Shown here piece by piece: positions 21,320-31,370 of a stretch of 48,662 bases of DNA. Position 1 is the stretch's first letter. Every line of letters starts with the position of its first letter. This stretch comes from a virus. Its lineage: Duplodnaviria; Heunggongvirae; Uroviricota; Caudoviricetes. The translations under genes and the position numbers were made by a program. The DNA lies in the IMG/VR virus record IMGVR_UViG_2547132418_000015. One strand, written 5' to 3'. The notes under the pieces are model-generated. The model saw only the letters and a program-made list of their open reading frames with translations, was not told where the DNA came from and ran no database searches.

Positions 21320-21566
21320 GATGTTCTGTCTCGTCTGCCAGCCGTGCGGCACGATTTGCGGCACGGATAGCGGAAAATACCTGCATCGTCTGTTCCTGAC
21401 CGTGTAACAACCATTCAGCAGTGTGGCGGGCCTGTTGCTCCGTCTGTAATTCACGGCGCAGCGTCTGGTTATCGTGGCGGGTGCTGTCCAGCCTGTGCCA
21501 CAACACCCCGGACAGAACGGCGGCAAACACGGCAGCCAGCAGTAAACTTTTACTGGCGAAGGTCAT
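21180..21566 (-). CDS. Inner-membrane spanin (Rz-like)
   Basis: 128-aa ORF with N-terminal transmembrane segment and charged coiled-coil region, directly downstream of the endolysin. Confidence 0.65.
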   Translation of the reverse strand: MTFASKSLLLAAVFAAVLSGVLWHRLDSTRHDNQTLRRELQTEQQARHTAEWLLHGQEQTMQVFSAIRAANRAARLADETEHHDAKQKITTAITGDNCSTRPVPAVAADRLRELEKRTRAIGGAPARN

Positions 21567-22068
21567 CCGCCCCCCTGATATTCCAGATAGCCATTTCCAC
21601 TTCGCGACGGTTCATCAGTCCTTTCCATTTATGGCCTGCGGCAAACACCCAGCGGGCCATCTGGTCACGCGCTCCGGCGTAATCACCGGCATTGAGTTTT
21701 TTCAGCAGCGTTGATTTACTGAATGCGGTAACACCGGTGTTGAAAATAAACGTTGCCAGCGCCGTTTTCTGATATGGCGTCAGCGGCACCCTGACAAGAC
21801 GATCGATTGCCGCATAAACCGGTTTTAAATCACTGTCGAGAAGAGCCATACACTCCGCATGGCTGTAACGGCGCATTTCGATATCCGGCCCGGTATGTCC
21901 CACACAGACCGTAAGCACACCGGCAATATCGCGGTAAGGCATATAAGCGATATTTTCCAGATGGATCAGAGACTGACGGGTCATTTCCTGATAACCACCC
22001 ACACCGCCACCGGCAATCGTTGCCGCCAGCAGTGCGGCTTTCAGTTTTTTTGGTATCCCCGCCATCAT
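21550..22068 (-). CDS. lys: Endolysin with N-terminal signal-anchor-release region (Mu Lys-like)
   Basis: 172-aa ORF with hydrophobic N-terminus LKAALLAATIAGGGVGGY followed by a lysozyme-like domain. Confidence 0.82.
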   Translation of the reverse strand: MMAGIPKKLKAALLAATIAGGGVGGYQEMTRQSLIHLENIAYMPYRDIAGVLTVCVGHTGPDIEMRRYSHAECMALLDSDLKPVYAAIDRLVRVPLTPYQKTALATFIFNTGVTAFSKSTLLKKLNAGDYAGARDQMARWVFAAGHKWKGLMNRREVEMAIWNIRGADDLRQ

Positions 22069-22140
22069 GCTTCCCTGAAAAAATGCGCTGATGGCAGTCT
22101 AAAAAATCAGATGGCAGGTGCGGGATTATGGTGACAGGAA

Positions 22141-22163
22141 ATAACCGGCAGGATGCCGGTTAT
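22141..22163 (-). terminator. Hairpin at the 3' end of the C gene
   Basis: ATAACCGGCAGGATGCCGGTTAT inverted repeat overlapping the C stop codon; U-tract is weak. Confidence 0.35.
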
Positions 22164-22582
22164 TTTGGGCTTTCAGGTGAGAACAGATCAGGCTGATGAC
22201 GTCGTGTATGCAGCTTTCTCTGGCGGGCAATAATCTGGTAGATCTGCGGCTGGGACAGGCGATACTGGCGACGCAGTTCTTCCATGTTACGACCATTGAA
22301 CTGGCAGTAAAGCAAATCGTCGCGTAACGCGGTCAGGATCGTATCGCCGCAGGGGATGTAAAACTGCCGCCCGCCCAGAAAACAGGACAGGGCAACGGCC
22401 TGTTTACGGGCAAGCTCACGGGGATTGCTGACGTTCTGGCGTTTCAGTTCGTTTTCCAGAATATCAATCAGATCAACCACTGAACGGGGCCAGCGTGATT
22501 CCAGTTCCGGGGCCGGGATGTTATCAATATGCCCGATTAACTGGCGAATTGCCGGATCGTGTTCAAATAAATCATGCTGCAT
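22160..22582 (-). CDS. C: Late transcription activator C (Mor/C family)
   Basis: 140-aa ORF paralogous to the upstream 129-aa Mor-like ORF; located just before lys as in Mu. Confidence 0.85.
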   Translation of the reverse strand: MQHDLFEHDPAIRQLIGHIDNIPAPELESRWPRSVVDLIDILENELKRQNVSNPRELARKQAVALSCFLGGRQFYIPCGDTILTALRDDLLYCQFNGRNMEELRRQYRLSQPQIYQIIARQRKLHTRRHQPDLFSPESPK

Positions 22583-22594
22583 ATTTTCCCCCGG

Positions 22595-22714
22595 TTAACA
22601 GACAAAAAGATACACCACGGCACTGATGGTTATCAGAACCACAAGGGCAATCACTTTTATCGCATTAATCAGCGTGGACGGCCCGAAACATTCATCACTG
22701 AATTTTCTGTACAT
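22595..22714 (-). CDS. Possible 39-aa hydrophobic peptide
   Basis: MYRKFSDECFGPSTLINAIKVIALVVLITISAVVYLFVC with AAAGGGG ribosome-binding site; ends 12 nt before the C start; not in the ORF track. Confidence 0.3.
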   Translation of the reverse strand: MYRKFSDECFGPSTLINAIKVIALVVLITISAVVYLFVC

Positions 22715-22723
22715 GGTGCCCCT

Positions 22724-23086
22724 TTACCCGAACAGACGAGCGCGAAAACGAAAGGAGAGCCAGAACGTCAGCAATCCGGCCAGCGCCCAGATGACATACT
22801 CAGGACCCGTTTTCAGTTGAGACGTTGCCATCACGGCTAATCCCAGCCCGGACAGCCCCCCCAGCCAGGTCAGAGGCCAGACGAACCGGGCAAAATGTTC
22901 AGGCACCCGGCAGCTCATTATCAGCGCATCCAGATAATCACCGGCAACACATAAAGCAACACTGAAAACCGAGGCACAGCAAAACATCAGCGCGCGCCAG
23001 CCACAAAACAGACTTATCCACAATAACAGCGCCAGTAATACCACCGATAAAAAATCAGGCCACTGACGAGCAGAACGCTCAGACAT
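22724..23086 (-). CDS. Integral membrane protein
   Basis: ORF 22724..23137; start at ATG 23086 (MSERSARQWPDFLSVVLLALLLWISLF...) with AGGGAG ribosome-binding site; several hydrophobic segments. Confidence 0.6.
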   Translation of the reverse strand: MSERSARQWPDFLSVVLLALLLWISLFCGWRALMFCCASVFSVALCVAGDYLDALIMSCRVPEHFARFVWPLTWLGGLSGLGLAVMATSQLKTGPEYVIWALAGLLTFWLSFRFRARLFG

Positions 23087-23297
23087 AATGTTTCTCCCTG
23101 TAAAGCAGGCAATGATGAAGAATTTCCGGCATATCAACTGACTGCCAGCCTTTCATGTAATAACTGCCGTGGGTGCCATCATGACCGGTATAGTCGCGGG
23201 GCGCAGGACGTGGCCCACCGGCGACACGGCGCAAAACCTCCTGACGCAGCCGCTCACGTCTGCCAAGATGAAAGGATGCATTCCAGCCTTTACCCAT
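23079..23297 (-). CDS. Hypothetical 72-aa protein
   Basis: ORF with GGGGA ribosome-binding site, overlapping the next gene start by 8 nt. Confidence 0.4.
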   Translation of the reverse strand: MGKGWNASFHLGRRERLRQEVLRRVAGGPRPAPRDYTGHDGTHGSYYMKGWQSVDMPEILHHCLLYREKHYV

Positions 23298-23374
23298 GAT
23301 GATTTTCCCCGGTACGGTTATTCATCACAGGATATTGAGGACGTAAAAAAAGCCGGATTAACCGGCTTTACTGT

Positions 23375-23764
23375 TTACAGAAGTGAGGGCTGGTACTGGC
23401 GGTATTTCAGCCGTCGCATCCGGCGAATGGCTTTGTACACCGTATTGAAAGTGACACCATAACGGGTGGTCAGTTCGCTGACGTTGCGACCGTTAAAATC
23501 ATTCCAGATACGCAAATCCCGAATCAGCGAGTCCAGAACCTGACCGCGTGGAATGTAGACCTGGCCGCCGCCCAGATGCTTACAGATAGCCACAACAATC
23601 TCCAGTGAATGGGCAGGATCAACACCCAGCCGGGACAATTCCCCGCGTAGTAAATCGTTCAGCTCCGCCAGCAGTGCCGGAAAGCGTGACGTATCCTCTG
23701 CGGGATTGTCAAGATGTGCCAGGATGGTGTCATCCTGCAAATCACCAAATAAATCTTCCGTCAT
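23375..23764 (-). CDS. mor: Middle operon regulator Mor (Mor/C family)
   Basis: 129-aa ORF immediately downstream of the GemA-like gene. Confidence 0.85.
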   Translation of the reverse strand: MTEDLFGDLQDDTILAHLDNPAEDTSRFPALLAELNDLLRGELSRLGVDPAHSLEIVVAICKHLGGGQVYIPRGQVLDSLIRDLRIWNDFNGRNVSELTTRYGVTFNTVYKAIRRMRRLKYRQYQPSLL

Positions 23765-24312
23765 TGTGCCATCCTCCGCGTCTTTCTGGCATGGGCATAA
23801 GCCGCCGTCATGGCATCATAGCCGCGCAGTTCACGCCCGGACGGACTGACCGGCAATGGAAGCCCGTGACGGGAAAAGGCTTCACGAATACAGCGGATGT
23901 GCCACTGTTTCAGGGTTTCAAGCACAACCTGCAACGATTCTCCGTGGCACCACGCCAGTGTGGAAACCCCCTGTCCGCCGTTGCGTTTCGCTGTCAGGCG
24001 CTGAACATATTTATCCAGCGCCACATCACCGCCATCGGTAATAAAACCGTCTTCTGCCATCTGCTGCCAGACTTTGTATACCTTCTCGCGGGGAGTGGCA
24101 TACCCCTTAAAGCGGCGACGTGGATGTTTATTCAGCTTCTTAAAGCCGCGTTCTTTCATGGCATCGAGCACCTGTTCCAGTTGCGTGACCGTCAGCTCGC
24201 GGCAACTGGTTTTGCCCGTTTTCTGCATCAGAAAAGCGCGGTAAGTGTCGTCGTCGAGTTGTAGCTCCCGACGGGCGACATGGATTAATTTAATCAGGGA
24301 TGTGCGATTCAT
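23761..24312 (-). CDS. gemA: GemA-like regulatory protein (Mu gp16)
   Basis: ORF 23761..24480; start placed at ATG 24312 (MNRTSLIKLIHVARRELQLDDDTYRAF...) with GAGGTG ribosome-binding site. Confidence 0.8.
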   Translation of the reverse strand: MNRTSLIKLIHVARRELQLDDDTYRAFLMQKTGKTSCRELTVTQLEQVLDAMKERGFKKLNKHPRRRFKGYATPREKVYKVWQQMAEDGFITDGGDVALDKYVQRLTAKRNGGQGVSTLAWCHGESLQVVLETLKQWHIRCIREAFSRHGLPLPVSPSGRELRGYDAMTAAYAHARKTRRMAQ

Positions 24313-24342
24313 TTGCTCACCTCTCATATTAAGGAATGAGAT

Positions 24343-24759
24343 ATGAAAATTGATTATGACGAGATAGCCAGAATATTTGATGTTTTTCTGGAGGCCGACA
24401 CCGCATTCATTCGACTGGAAGATGTCGGCTGGGATTGTTCTCAGCGGCACAGCGACAGCCATCAGAAGCTGGTTTTCCATCTTCTGTTGCTGGTTGAAAA
24501 TGGTTTTATCAGCAACAGATATCTGGAAACAGGCACCGCAAAAAGCATTGGTCTCACCCCAACAAGCCTCGGATATTCATATTCAGGCACCAGTGTCAGA
24601 CTTACACAAGATGGTCATGATTTTGCGAAAGCACTACATCAAAAACCCATTCTTGAGCGCATAAAACAGGACCTTGCCGACGCCCCGATGACGCTCGTAA
24701 CAGACGTCGGCAAACAGTGGTTAACCTCGTTTCTTAAAAAGAAACTCGGGATTGAATAG
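24343..24759 (+). CDS. Hypothetical 138-aa protein on the opposite strand inside the phage early region
   Basis: ATG with AAGGAA ribosome-binding site; diverges from gemA across a 30-bp gap; 3' end overlaps the 24721..25032 gene by 39 nt. Confidence 0.55.
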   Translation: MKIDYDEIARIFDVFLEADTAFIRLEDVGWDCSQRHSDSHQKLVFHLLLLVENGFISNRYLETGTAKSIGLTPTSLGYSYSGTSVRLTQDGHDFAKALHQKPILERIKQDLADAPMTLVTDVGKQWLTSFLKKKLGIE

Positions 24760-25032
24760 TTCCCTGTTCATACGTTGCAGCGCATCAAGGGCGGCGACAG
24801 CCGCCACTTTATTGTTACCATCAGCAATAGTGCGGAGATTTTCAATAATCCAGTGAGGACTCAGTGACTCAGCAATAATGCCAAACCGGTACGCCATGAC
24901 TTCATCAATAGCTTTTTCATGAGACGACTCATATACAAAACTCACAAAGTCATGCACTTCTTTTTTCGGCAAACCACCGGCAATCAGCAGGGCGGCAAGC
25001 TCTTCTGATTTTGAAAATACACCATTATTCAT
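24721..25032 (-). CDS. Hypothetical early-region protein
   Basis: ORF 24721..25047 (GTG); ATG at 25032 with AAGGTG ribosome-binding site is the likely start. Confidence 0.55.
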   Translation of the reverse strand: MNNGVFSKSEELAALLIAGGLPKKEVHDFVSFVYESSHEKAIDEVMAYRFGIIAESLSPHWIIENLRTIADGNNKVAAVAALDALQRMNRELFNPEFLFKKRG

Positions 25033-25033
25033 A

Positions 25034-25727
25034 TCACTCACCTTCACAATTCATGCACGCCGTGTCATCGCCCATATCGCAGTGGTTGCATTTCTGCCCA
25101 CCACAATGAGGGCACTCTTTCAGATATTCAGGGTTTTCATTACCGCAGGTCGGGCATTCCTGTTTCACCGTGGTGAATGTCCCCAGCCACGAATACGAAT
25201 TTTCACCGACTGTCTTTTTCCCCGTTATTTCTGAATCAGAACTAATACAGTGTTTTTCAACCCATGCCACACGTGCTGAATTCAGGTGGCATCTGGCCAA
25301 TTTGCTTTCGTTTCTGTAATGTTTGCTGTCCCGGTTAAATGGCAATTTCTCATTCAGCCCTGCTGAGATAAAGTCCGCATGTAATTGTTCTAATGCGGCT
25401 TCACTGTCTGCACCGGTTGATTCAAAATAATCGTAAGCATTGGCACATAATCCGGCAGCCCGGGTAAATACATCATCGCCCGTCTCCATTGCCCCATTCT
25501 TTAACCATCGGTTGTAGGCTGTATAAAAACTATAAAGTTGCTTTCTGATACAGGTAGTGGCAGTTCCGCCATTAACTGACGCTGGCGTAACATAGCCAGC
25601 TCTGCATAAAGCAGAACGAAGTATATCCAGAACCTGCCAGGCATCTTCTCCTTCAATCACGCTACAGTTTTTGTACACCAGGACGTCCCGGCCACAACTT
25701 TTATCAATACCCCAGTCTTCAAATTTC
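25034..25727 (-). CDS. Hypothetical protein with C-terminal Cys-rich (zinc-ribbon-like) tail
   Basis: ORF 25034..25792; likely GTG start at about 25727 with GGAGG ribosome-binding site overlapping the upstream stop; C-terminus CPTCGNENPEYLKECPHCGGQKCNHCDMGDDTACMNCEGE. Confidence 0.55.
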
Positions 25728-26258
25728 ACAACCAGCCTCCTGCACCACACCCGGTGCTGATGAAAAATCAATGATGAGATAACGCAGTACATGGTCGGTG
25801 ATATTCCAGGCGCTGGAACTGCAAATAAACCGCCCCAGCCGGATATCGATATAAGCCATCACAAAACGGGGCATTCCCTGTTTGCACATCTCGTCATCCA
25901 CTTCTGCAACGATGTGAACGGACTCACAGGTCAGTACGCCTGTCGCAAACTCTTTTGCCAGTGCGGGGATGGTATTACCTTCCACCCAGGGTAATGAGCG
26001 ACGCCAGTTGCACCACACCGCATCATCAACAGCAGGCTGCTCAGTTGCGTTTCGTCTTACCGGCGGCGTCTGACGCGGGCGCGGAACGTCATAAAATCCG
26101 TTGCATTCGGTGAGCACTCCGGCATCAACCGCATCACGCAGGAAATACACCATTGCGGAGGGTGGCATCTGCATTTTTTCAGCCAGAACCCCGCAGGTCA
26201 GGCGTCCGTAAGCCCGTAATAATGTGCTGACACCATTCAGAATTTTTGCATCAACCAT
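25719..26258 (-). CDS. Hypothetical early-region protein
   Basis: 179-aa ORF with GAGGA ribosome-binding site. Confidence 0.6.
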   Translation of the reverse strand: MVDAKILNGVSTLLRAYGRLTCGVLAEKMQMPPSAMVYFLRDAVDAGVLTECNGFYDVPRPRQTPPVRRNATEQPAVDDAVWCNWRRSLPWVEGNTIPALAKEFATGVLTCESVHIVAEVDDEMCKQGMPRFVMAYIDIRLGRFICSSSAWNITDHVLRYLIIDFSSAPGVVQEAGCEI

Positions 26259-26356
26259 GTTTTATTCCTCAGTAATCTGTTTCAGGCGCGAGCAATCCCC
26301 TGACGCATCGCGCCATAATTAAAAGAATGTGAATTAATTAAATATTAATGGTGGTA

Positions 26357-26881
26357 TTAAATACCGGCTTCCTGTTCAAACGGAATAATGGAAAAATCTT
26401 CAATTCCCGATTTAACCGTAATTCCGGCAACACCTGCGACGGCTTTTGGTTCCAGTAAAATCGCCTCCTTGTTGATTTCCTGCTTCGTGCGAATAAAGCG
26501 TTGCAGGCCAAGACGCTCCAGCGTTTCCATCACTGCATCCATACCACGAATACTTACTGATGGTGGACGGCCCCGCCACGATACATCACCGGTGACAAGA
26601 TTCGCCGTCTTCACTTTGCCGCCGTTCGTCAGTTCGTCGCGGTTCGCTTCACACCATCCCTGAACGCCTTTTGAAAGGGTTTCAATATCGGTTTTAATCG
26701 GTGCAATCCGGGCCGCAAATTTCTCCGTAATTTCCGCGATGGCATCATTCATTTCCGTTTCCAGACGTGATGCTTCGCGCTGTAAATCCCCGATGCGTTT
26801 AATATCGGTAATCACCGCATCGCGGTTTTGTGGCACATAAGCCGCTGCGGCACTCTTGATACGTTTTGCTGGTTTAGCCAT
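26357..26881 (-). CDS. gam: Gam-like host-nuclease inhibitor
   Basis: 174-aa ORF MAKPAKRIKSAAAAYVPQNRDAVITDIKRIGDLQREASRLETEMNDAIAEI..., same length and position as Mu Gam. Confidence 0.85.
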   Translation of the reverse strand: MAKPAKRIKSAAAAYVPQNRDAVITDIKRIGDLQREASRLETEMNDAIAEITEKFAARIAPIKTDIETLSKGVQGWCEANRDELTNGGKVKTANLVTGDVSWRGRPPSVSIRGMDAVMETLERLGLQRFIRTKQEINKEAILLEPKAVAGVAGITVKSGIEDFSIIPFEQEAGI

Positions 26882-26900
26882 AAATTAAAGCTCCTGTTAA

Positions 26901-27200
26901 TTAATATCCGCTGTATACAATGCTGGATACAGCTCGATTGCTTAATTCCATCTTTCGGGCAATGACATGAATATCCAGCCCTTCTTTATAAAGTTCACGA
27001 CATAAATATTTGTCGTGTTCACTGATTCGGTATACACACAATGATATTCCGTGCCTTCTGGCATGTGCCCGGAGGGCGGTTGTGGCGACTTTCAGTTTTT
27101 CCGCCATTTCTTCAACGGTCATTTTCCCGACGTTGGCTTCGATAAATTCCCGGTCTTCGCGTGACCAGCGCTTACGATTACACTTCATGTCAGCCACCAT
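26901..27200 (-). CDS. Hypothetical early-region protein, possible helix-turn-helix
   Basis: 99-aa ORF in the semi-essential region. Confidence 0.5.
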   Translation of the reverse strand: MVADMKCNRKRWSREDREFIEANVGKMTVEEMAEKLKVATTALRAHARRHGISLCVYRISEHDKYLCRELYKEGLDIHVIARKMELSNRAVSSIVYSGY

Positions 27201-27620
27201 TCAGTACAGCAGAGGCTCGCGCAGTGATGCCGGAATATGCCGCAGCGATAACTGAACCGCTTTCAGGGCAAGCGAGGAATAACAGCAGCGCGCCCAGCCT
27301 TTTGCCATTAACCGGTAATCGCGCCAGATACGCTGCCACATTTCACGGGCCTCAGGGTCTGATGCGCAGATGTATTCCCGGTCCATGACGTACTCCCATA
27401 AATCCACGTTGAACGCACCGCCAAATGCAATGGCGCGGGATATGCTTTCGCCGCAATAACGCGCACAAATGCTGTAATGGTCGAAAGCAATCAGGTAAGT
27501 CTTTTCACCACAATCATCAACTTTCCGGGCGCAAATAAACTCGCGTAATTCACCACCGTTGTTATTGCGTTCCTGAATTCGGATTAATGCCTGAATTTCA
27601 TTTCGGATTTTGACGTTCAT
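27201..27620 (-). CDS. Hypothetical early-region protein
   Basis: 139-aa ORF. Confidence 0.5.
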   Translation of the reverse strand: MNVKIRNEIQALIRIQERNNNGGELREFICARKVDDCGEKTYLIAFDHYSICARYCGESISRAIAFGGAFNVDLWEYVMDREYICASDPEAREMWQRIWRDYRLMAKGWARCCYSSLALKAVQLSLRHIPASLREPLLY

Positions 27621-27640
27621 TGTCAGCGTTCCTTTGCGAA

Positions 27641-27910
27641 TTAATGTCTGGCTGTATTCGGGTTATAGCTGAATAATTCCCCCTCGGCTTCCAGCCCAAG
27701 CTCCCTGGCTGATTTCAACAACTCCTCGGTCGCTTTTTTAATGATTTCAGGAGCCATGCTCTTGATGATGCCTGCCATTACATCATGTGGCCCGGTCTGG
27801 TCCTCAGGTGAGGATTCTTCCAGTCGCACATTCATATTTACGGCAAAACCTCCATTTTCCTGAAACTCAATATTTCTTGTATTGTTAAATTCAAAGATTA
27901 CTTTTGCCAT
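27641..27910 (-). CDS. Hypothetical early-region protein
   Basis: 89-aa ORF. Confidence 0.5.
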   Translation of the reverse strand: MAKVIFEFNNTRNIEFQENGGFAVNMNVRLEESSPEDQTGPHDVMAGIIKSMAPEIIKKATEELLKSARELGLEAEGELFSYNPNTARH

Positions 27911-27930
27911 TTTTCTTCTCCTTATTGATT

Positions 27931-28176
27931 CTAAATAACTGCGCTGGCTTTTACCTTCGCGCCTTTTACCTGCTTAAAGAAAACTGCGCTGCACCACGGA
28001 CAACATGTCAGGGAATCCCAAATTTCCTTTTCGTGTGAGCATTGCGTCATAATCTGTTCACCGCATCCGGGGCATTTATATGTCGTCAGCGGCACCCCGT
28101 GGCACTGACAGTGTTTAACCCATTCAATATATTTTTCAGCTTTAATACACATCGTTATCTCCAGATAATCTGACAA
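27931..28176 (-). CDS. Hypothetical Cys-rich small protein
   Basis: 81-aa ORF with CQCHG...CPGCG...CCPWC motifs. Confidence 0.5.
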
Positions 28177-28382
28177 CCATTAAGACGGGCCGTCCATACA
28201 GAACGGGCCACCCCGGACTTATGCTCCATAATCCTGACCGCGTTTTTTACCAGTTCCACCGGTGGGTAAGTGATTTCAAGAATCGGACGCGCCACGCCGA
28301 GATATGATTCATTTACATGACTCCCGCGCGCCTGTAACCAGTTCTGCGCATCCGTTGCCATTTTTATATTTCGGGCCATCAT
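28155..28382 (-). CDS. kil: Kil-like protein
   Basis: 75-aa ORF immediately downstream of B, the position of Mu kil. Confidence 0.6.
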
Positions 28383-28397
28383 AATTTCTTCTCCTTC

Positions 28398-29336
28398 TTA
28401 ATTACGCAGCAGCGTTGAAATATCAACGTCCAGGTCTAATTCACGGAAAGCCTGACGCAGATAATCTTCGTTAACACGCTCACCTTTACCGTGAGCCGTC
28501 ATGGCGGCAAGGCGAAGTGAATGATTCAGAATGCGAAGCGCACCTGGTTTCTGCGCAATCTGCTGTAATAACTCCAGTTCATTTTCGCCGTTAATCTGCC
28601 AGGCATCCGCAATAGCTTTTACATCGGCTTTTTTGGTTTTATTAATTGCAGTGCGCTTTGCAATACGGGAAAACAGACGGGCAAATTCAACCGTTCTGTT
28701 ACCCCCCGTCATATTTGAATAAACCCGGTGATTTCCCATCAGCACAAGGCCAGTGCGGGTTGATTCCTGTAACAGGCGGAGTTCTTCCAGAACTTCGGCA
28801 CCAAGATGATCAGCTTCGTCGATGATAACCAGCCCCTGTGTACCTTCAAGGCGACGTCGCAGGGCGCGGGAGAGCGGCCCTTTACGGCGTGGTGCGTCAT
28901 TCATTCCCAGCTCAAACGCCAGTTCAGTAAGACATTCCAGAACGCTGGCACAGGATGGCGTAATGGTGATCATCCAGACATTGTTATTGGTGCGGCGATA
29001 TTCACGGGCCGCTTCGGTTTTGCCCACACCAGGATTGCCACATACAACAGCAATACTTTCAGTCAGGCTGGCAAAACGCATACTTGTCCAGATTTGTTTT
29101 ACCGTCTGCGTTTCCACAAAGCGGGGCGGTTCAGGTAGTTCTGCCACTGCATGATATTTTTCCAGCCAGCGTTGCAGCATTTGTGAAACACGCTCGTTAT
29201 CCCCGTTGTACTTATCATTGATAAAACTACTGATAGTTCCGGTAGAAAGTCCGCTCTCAAGAGCAATTTGTTTAAAGGTGGTTTCTTCATTTTCTACAAG
29301 CGTGCGCAGTCCTGCGCGAATATCGGAAATATTCAT
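28398..29336 (-). CDS. B: Transposition ATPase B
   Basis: 312-aa ORF with Walker A GNPGVGKT, directly downstream of the transposase. Confidence 0.9.
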   Translation of the reverse strand: MNISDIRAGLRTLVENEETTFKQIALESGLSTGTISSFINDKYNGDNERVSQMLQRWLEKYHAVAELPEPPRFVETQTVKQIWTSMRFASLTESIAVVCGNPGVGKTEAAREYRRTNNNVWMITITPSCASVLECLTELAFELGMNDAPRRKGPLSRALRRRLEGTQGLVIIDEADHLGAEVLEELRLLQESTRTGLVLMGNHRVYSNMTGGNRTVEFARLFSRIAKRTAINKTKKADVKAIADAWQINGENELELLQQIAQKPGALRILNHSLRLAAMTAHGKGERVNEDYLRQAFRELDLDVDISTLLRN

Positions 29337-29374
29337 CTGAATAACCTCGTAATTAAATTTTGTTTAAACGTTAA

Positions 29375-31363
29375 TTAAATGGCTTTTTTACGTCTGTTCT
29401 GTTCCAGAATATCCAGCGAATGATTCAGATATTCATCACGCTCAGTTTCGTATTCATCATCACGCTCCTGATTCTTCACCCGTTCCGTATTACCGGAAGG
29501 CCGGAAAATGCCGACAATTCGTGATTCTGGTGCTTCAGGTTCGGCTATCTGCGGCAGCAGCTCTGCCACTTCCAGTGCATCCATTTGTTTCTGTGCCTTA
29601 ATCGCTGCTTTCGTCGCAGATTTCAGTTGTTTCTGGCGGCGGCGATATTCACGGCCTGCCGCAGCATCATTAAACGCAACAGGTGCCAGACATTCCGCTT
29701 CACAGATAAACCGACCGTCCAGGGTGTAACAATAAACCGTGCTGTGTAGCTGCTGCGGATCAAACCTGACCACAACTTTTTTCACGCCGGCATTCATTAA
29801 TGCCATGTTGTAATAAACGTTTTTCGCGCCTTTAAGGGAGCCGCCAACTTTAAGCGTAAACTCGCCTTTGCGTGAAACGTTCACCGCCTCGGCAGGCAGT
29901 AACAGCATCCGTTTTTGTTCTTCGGTTGGCTTACGCACAATCGTTCTGGCGTATTCACGCTCGAAAACATCATCAAACGAGAGTTTGCCCCCGCACATTT
30001 CTGTTTCACGGCCTGTTCTGGCATTGAACATCGCCACACCTTCGGCAAGGTTTTTCAGAAACAGCTCTGCATCAACAGCGCGGTTGCCATAGTTATCAGG
30101 TTTTGCCTGCGGATTTGGCCCCGTATATGCGCCAGCCAGTGCCGGATGCTTATCAACGTATTCCTCAAGCCCACCAACACCGAAAGCACGTTCAACAGGT
30201 TTTGCCTGGCCCCAGCCTTTACCGGCAACAACGCTTGTCCAGTGCATTTTCGCACCCATCAGTAAAAACAATCCCTTTGGATCGTCTTCTTTCACCTTAA
30301 AGCGGTAGCGATTGGGCGCGCCTCCCGTCAGCCATTTATTCGCAGCACCACGGGTGTTATCAATGGTGATGTGAAAATCCTCCGGGATACCGTAGCGAGT
30401 CACAACATCCATGAACGAGAGGCGAATTGAATCAATGTTCTCGCTCACATCGCAGCGCCAGCCCAGAATTTTTCGGGTTTTCACATCCTGCCAGAACCAT
30501 GTTTTCGGGCGGATCACATCACCGTTAAACCAGCGTACAAAGACGTTATGCAGATAACCGTCGCCGTTGATCCACTGCATGGCGTCCAGGTGTTCCACAG
30601 TTCGCTGCTGTGCCGGTATCAGATGCATCAGTGCATGTTCACCTTCACGACAGGCAACAACCATTGCCTCGTCCAGTTGCTGAATCCGGCGAAAGGCCGT
30701 GGCACGGGAGGGAATCCTCCAGCCATGCTCGCGGGCTGCCAGTTCCAGACGCTCATAACATTTGCGGAAGGCGGGTTTTTCCGGTCGCAGATAATCTGCA
30801 ATCAGAAACTGCCAGGCATCCTCGTCAAATTCACTTTTGTGAACATTGCGACGGGATGCACCACGTCCATCAACAAGTGCAGCCGCCCAGTCAGGCTTCG
30901 CAAACTTCTGTACCTGGTAATACTTGTCCCGCAAAGTGGATGCGCTGACCTGGTAATGCCCTGCAACGGTCGCAAAAGCCGTTTTCGTTGAAATCCCCTG
31001 GTTCAGCATTTCGTCTGCAGCCTGAACCGCAGGCAACCATTTTTCAGCAAGTCTGCGCTGGGAATCGCTGGCTTTATCCCATTTGCTCCACAGCACCTCA
31101 CGATCATAATCATGGGCTTCCAGCGTGGGGCGGGCGATTTCAAAACGGCCCAGGCTTGTTTCAATTCTCCCTTGTTGCAACAGAATTTCAGCACGTAATG
31201 CGACAGGGAATGATTTGATATTGAATTCAAATGATACACCTTTAGTCCCTGCAACCTGTCTGAACTCCCAGCCTTCTCTTTGTGCCTTACGTGTAATGTT
31301 AGTGGCTTGCTTTGGTAAACCTGCCAAACCGAGCAACTCTTTTGCTGTATACCATTCTTTCAT
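29375..31363 (-). CDS. A: DDE transposase A
   Basis: 662-aa ORF, Mu A-like over most of its length with a divergent N-terminal DNA-binding region. Confidence 0.93.
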
Positions 31364-31370
31364 AGCGCAC

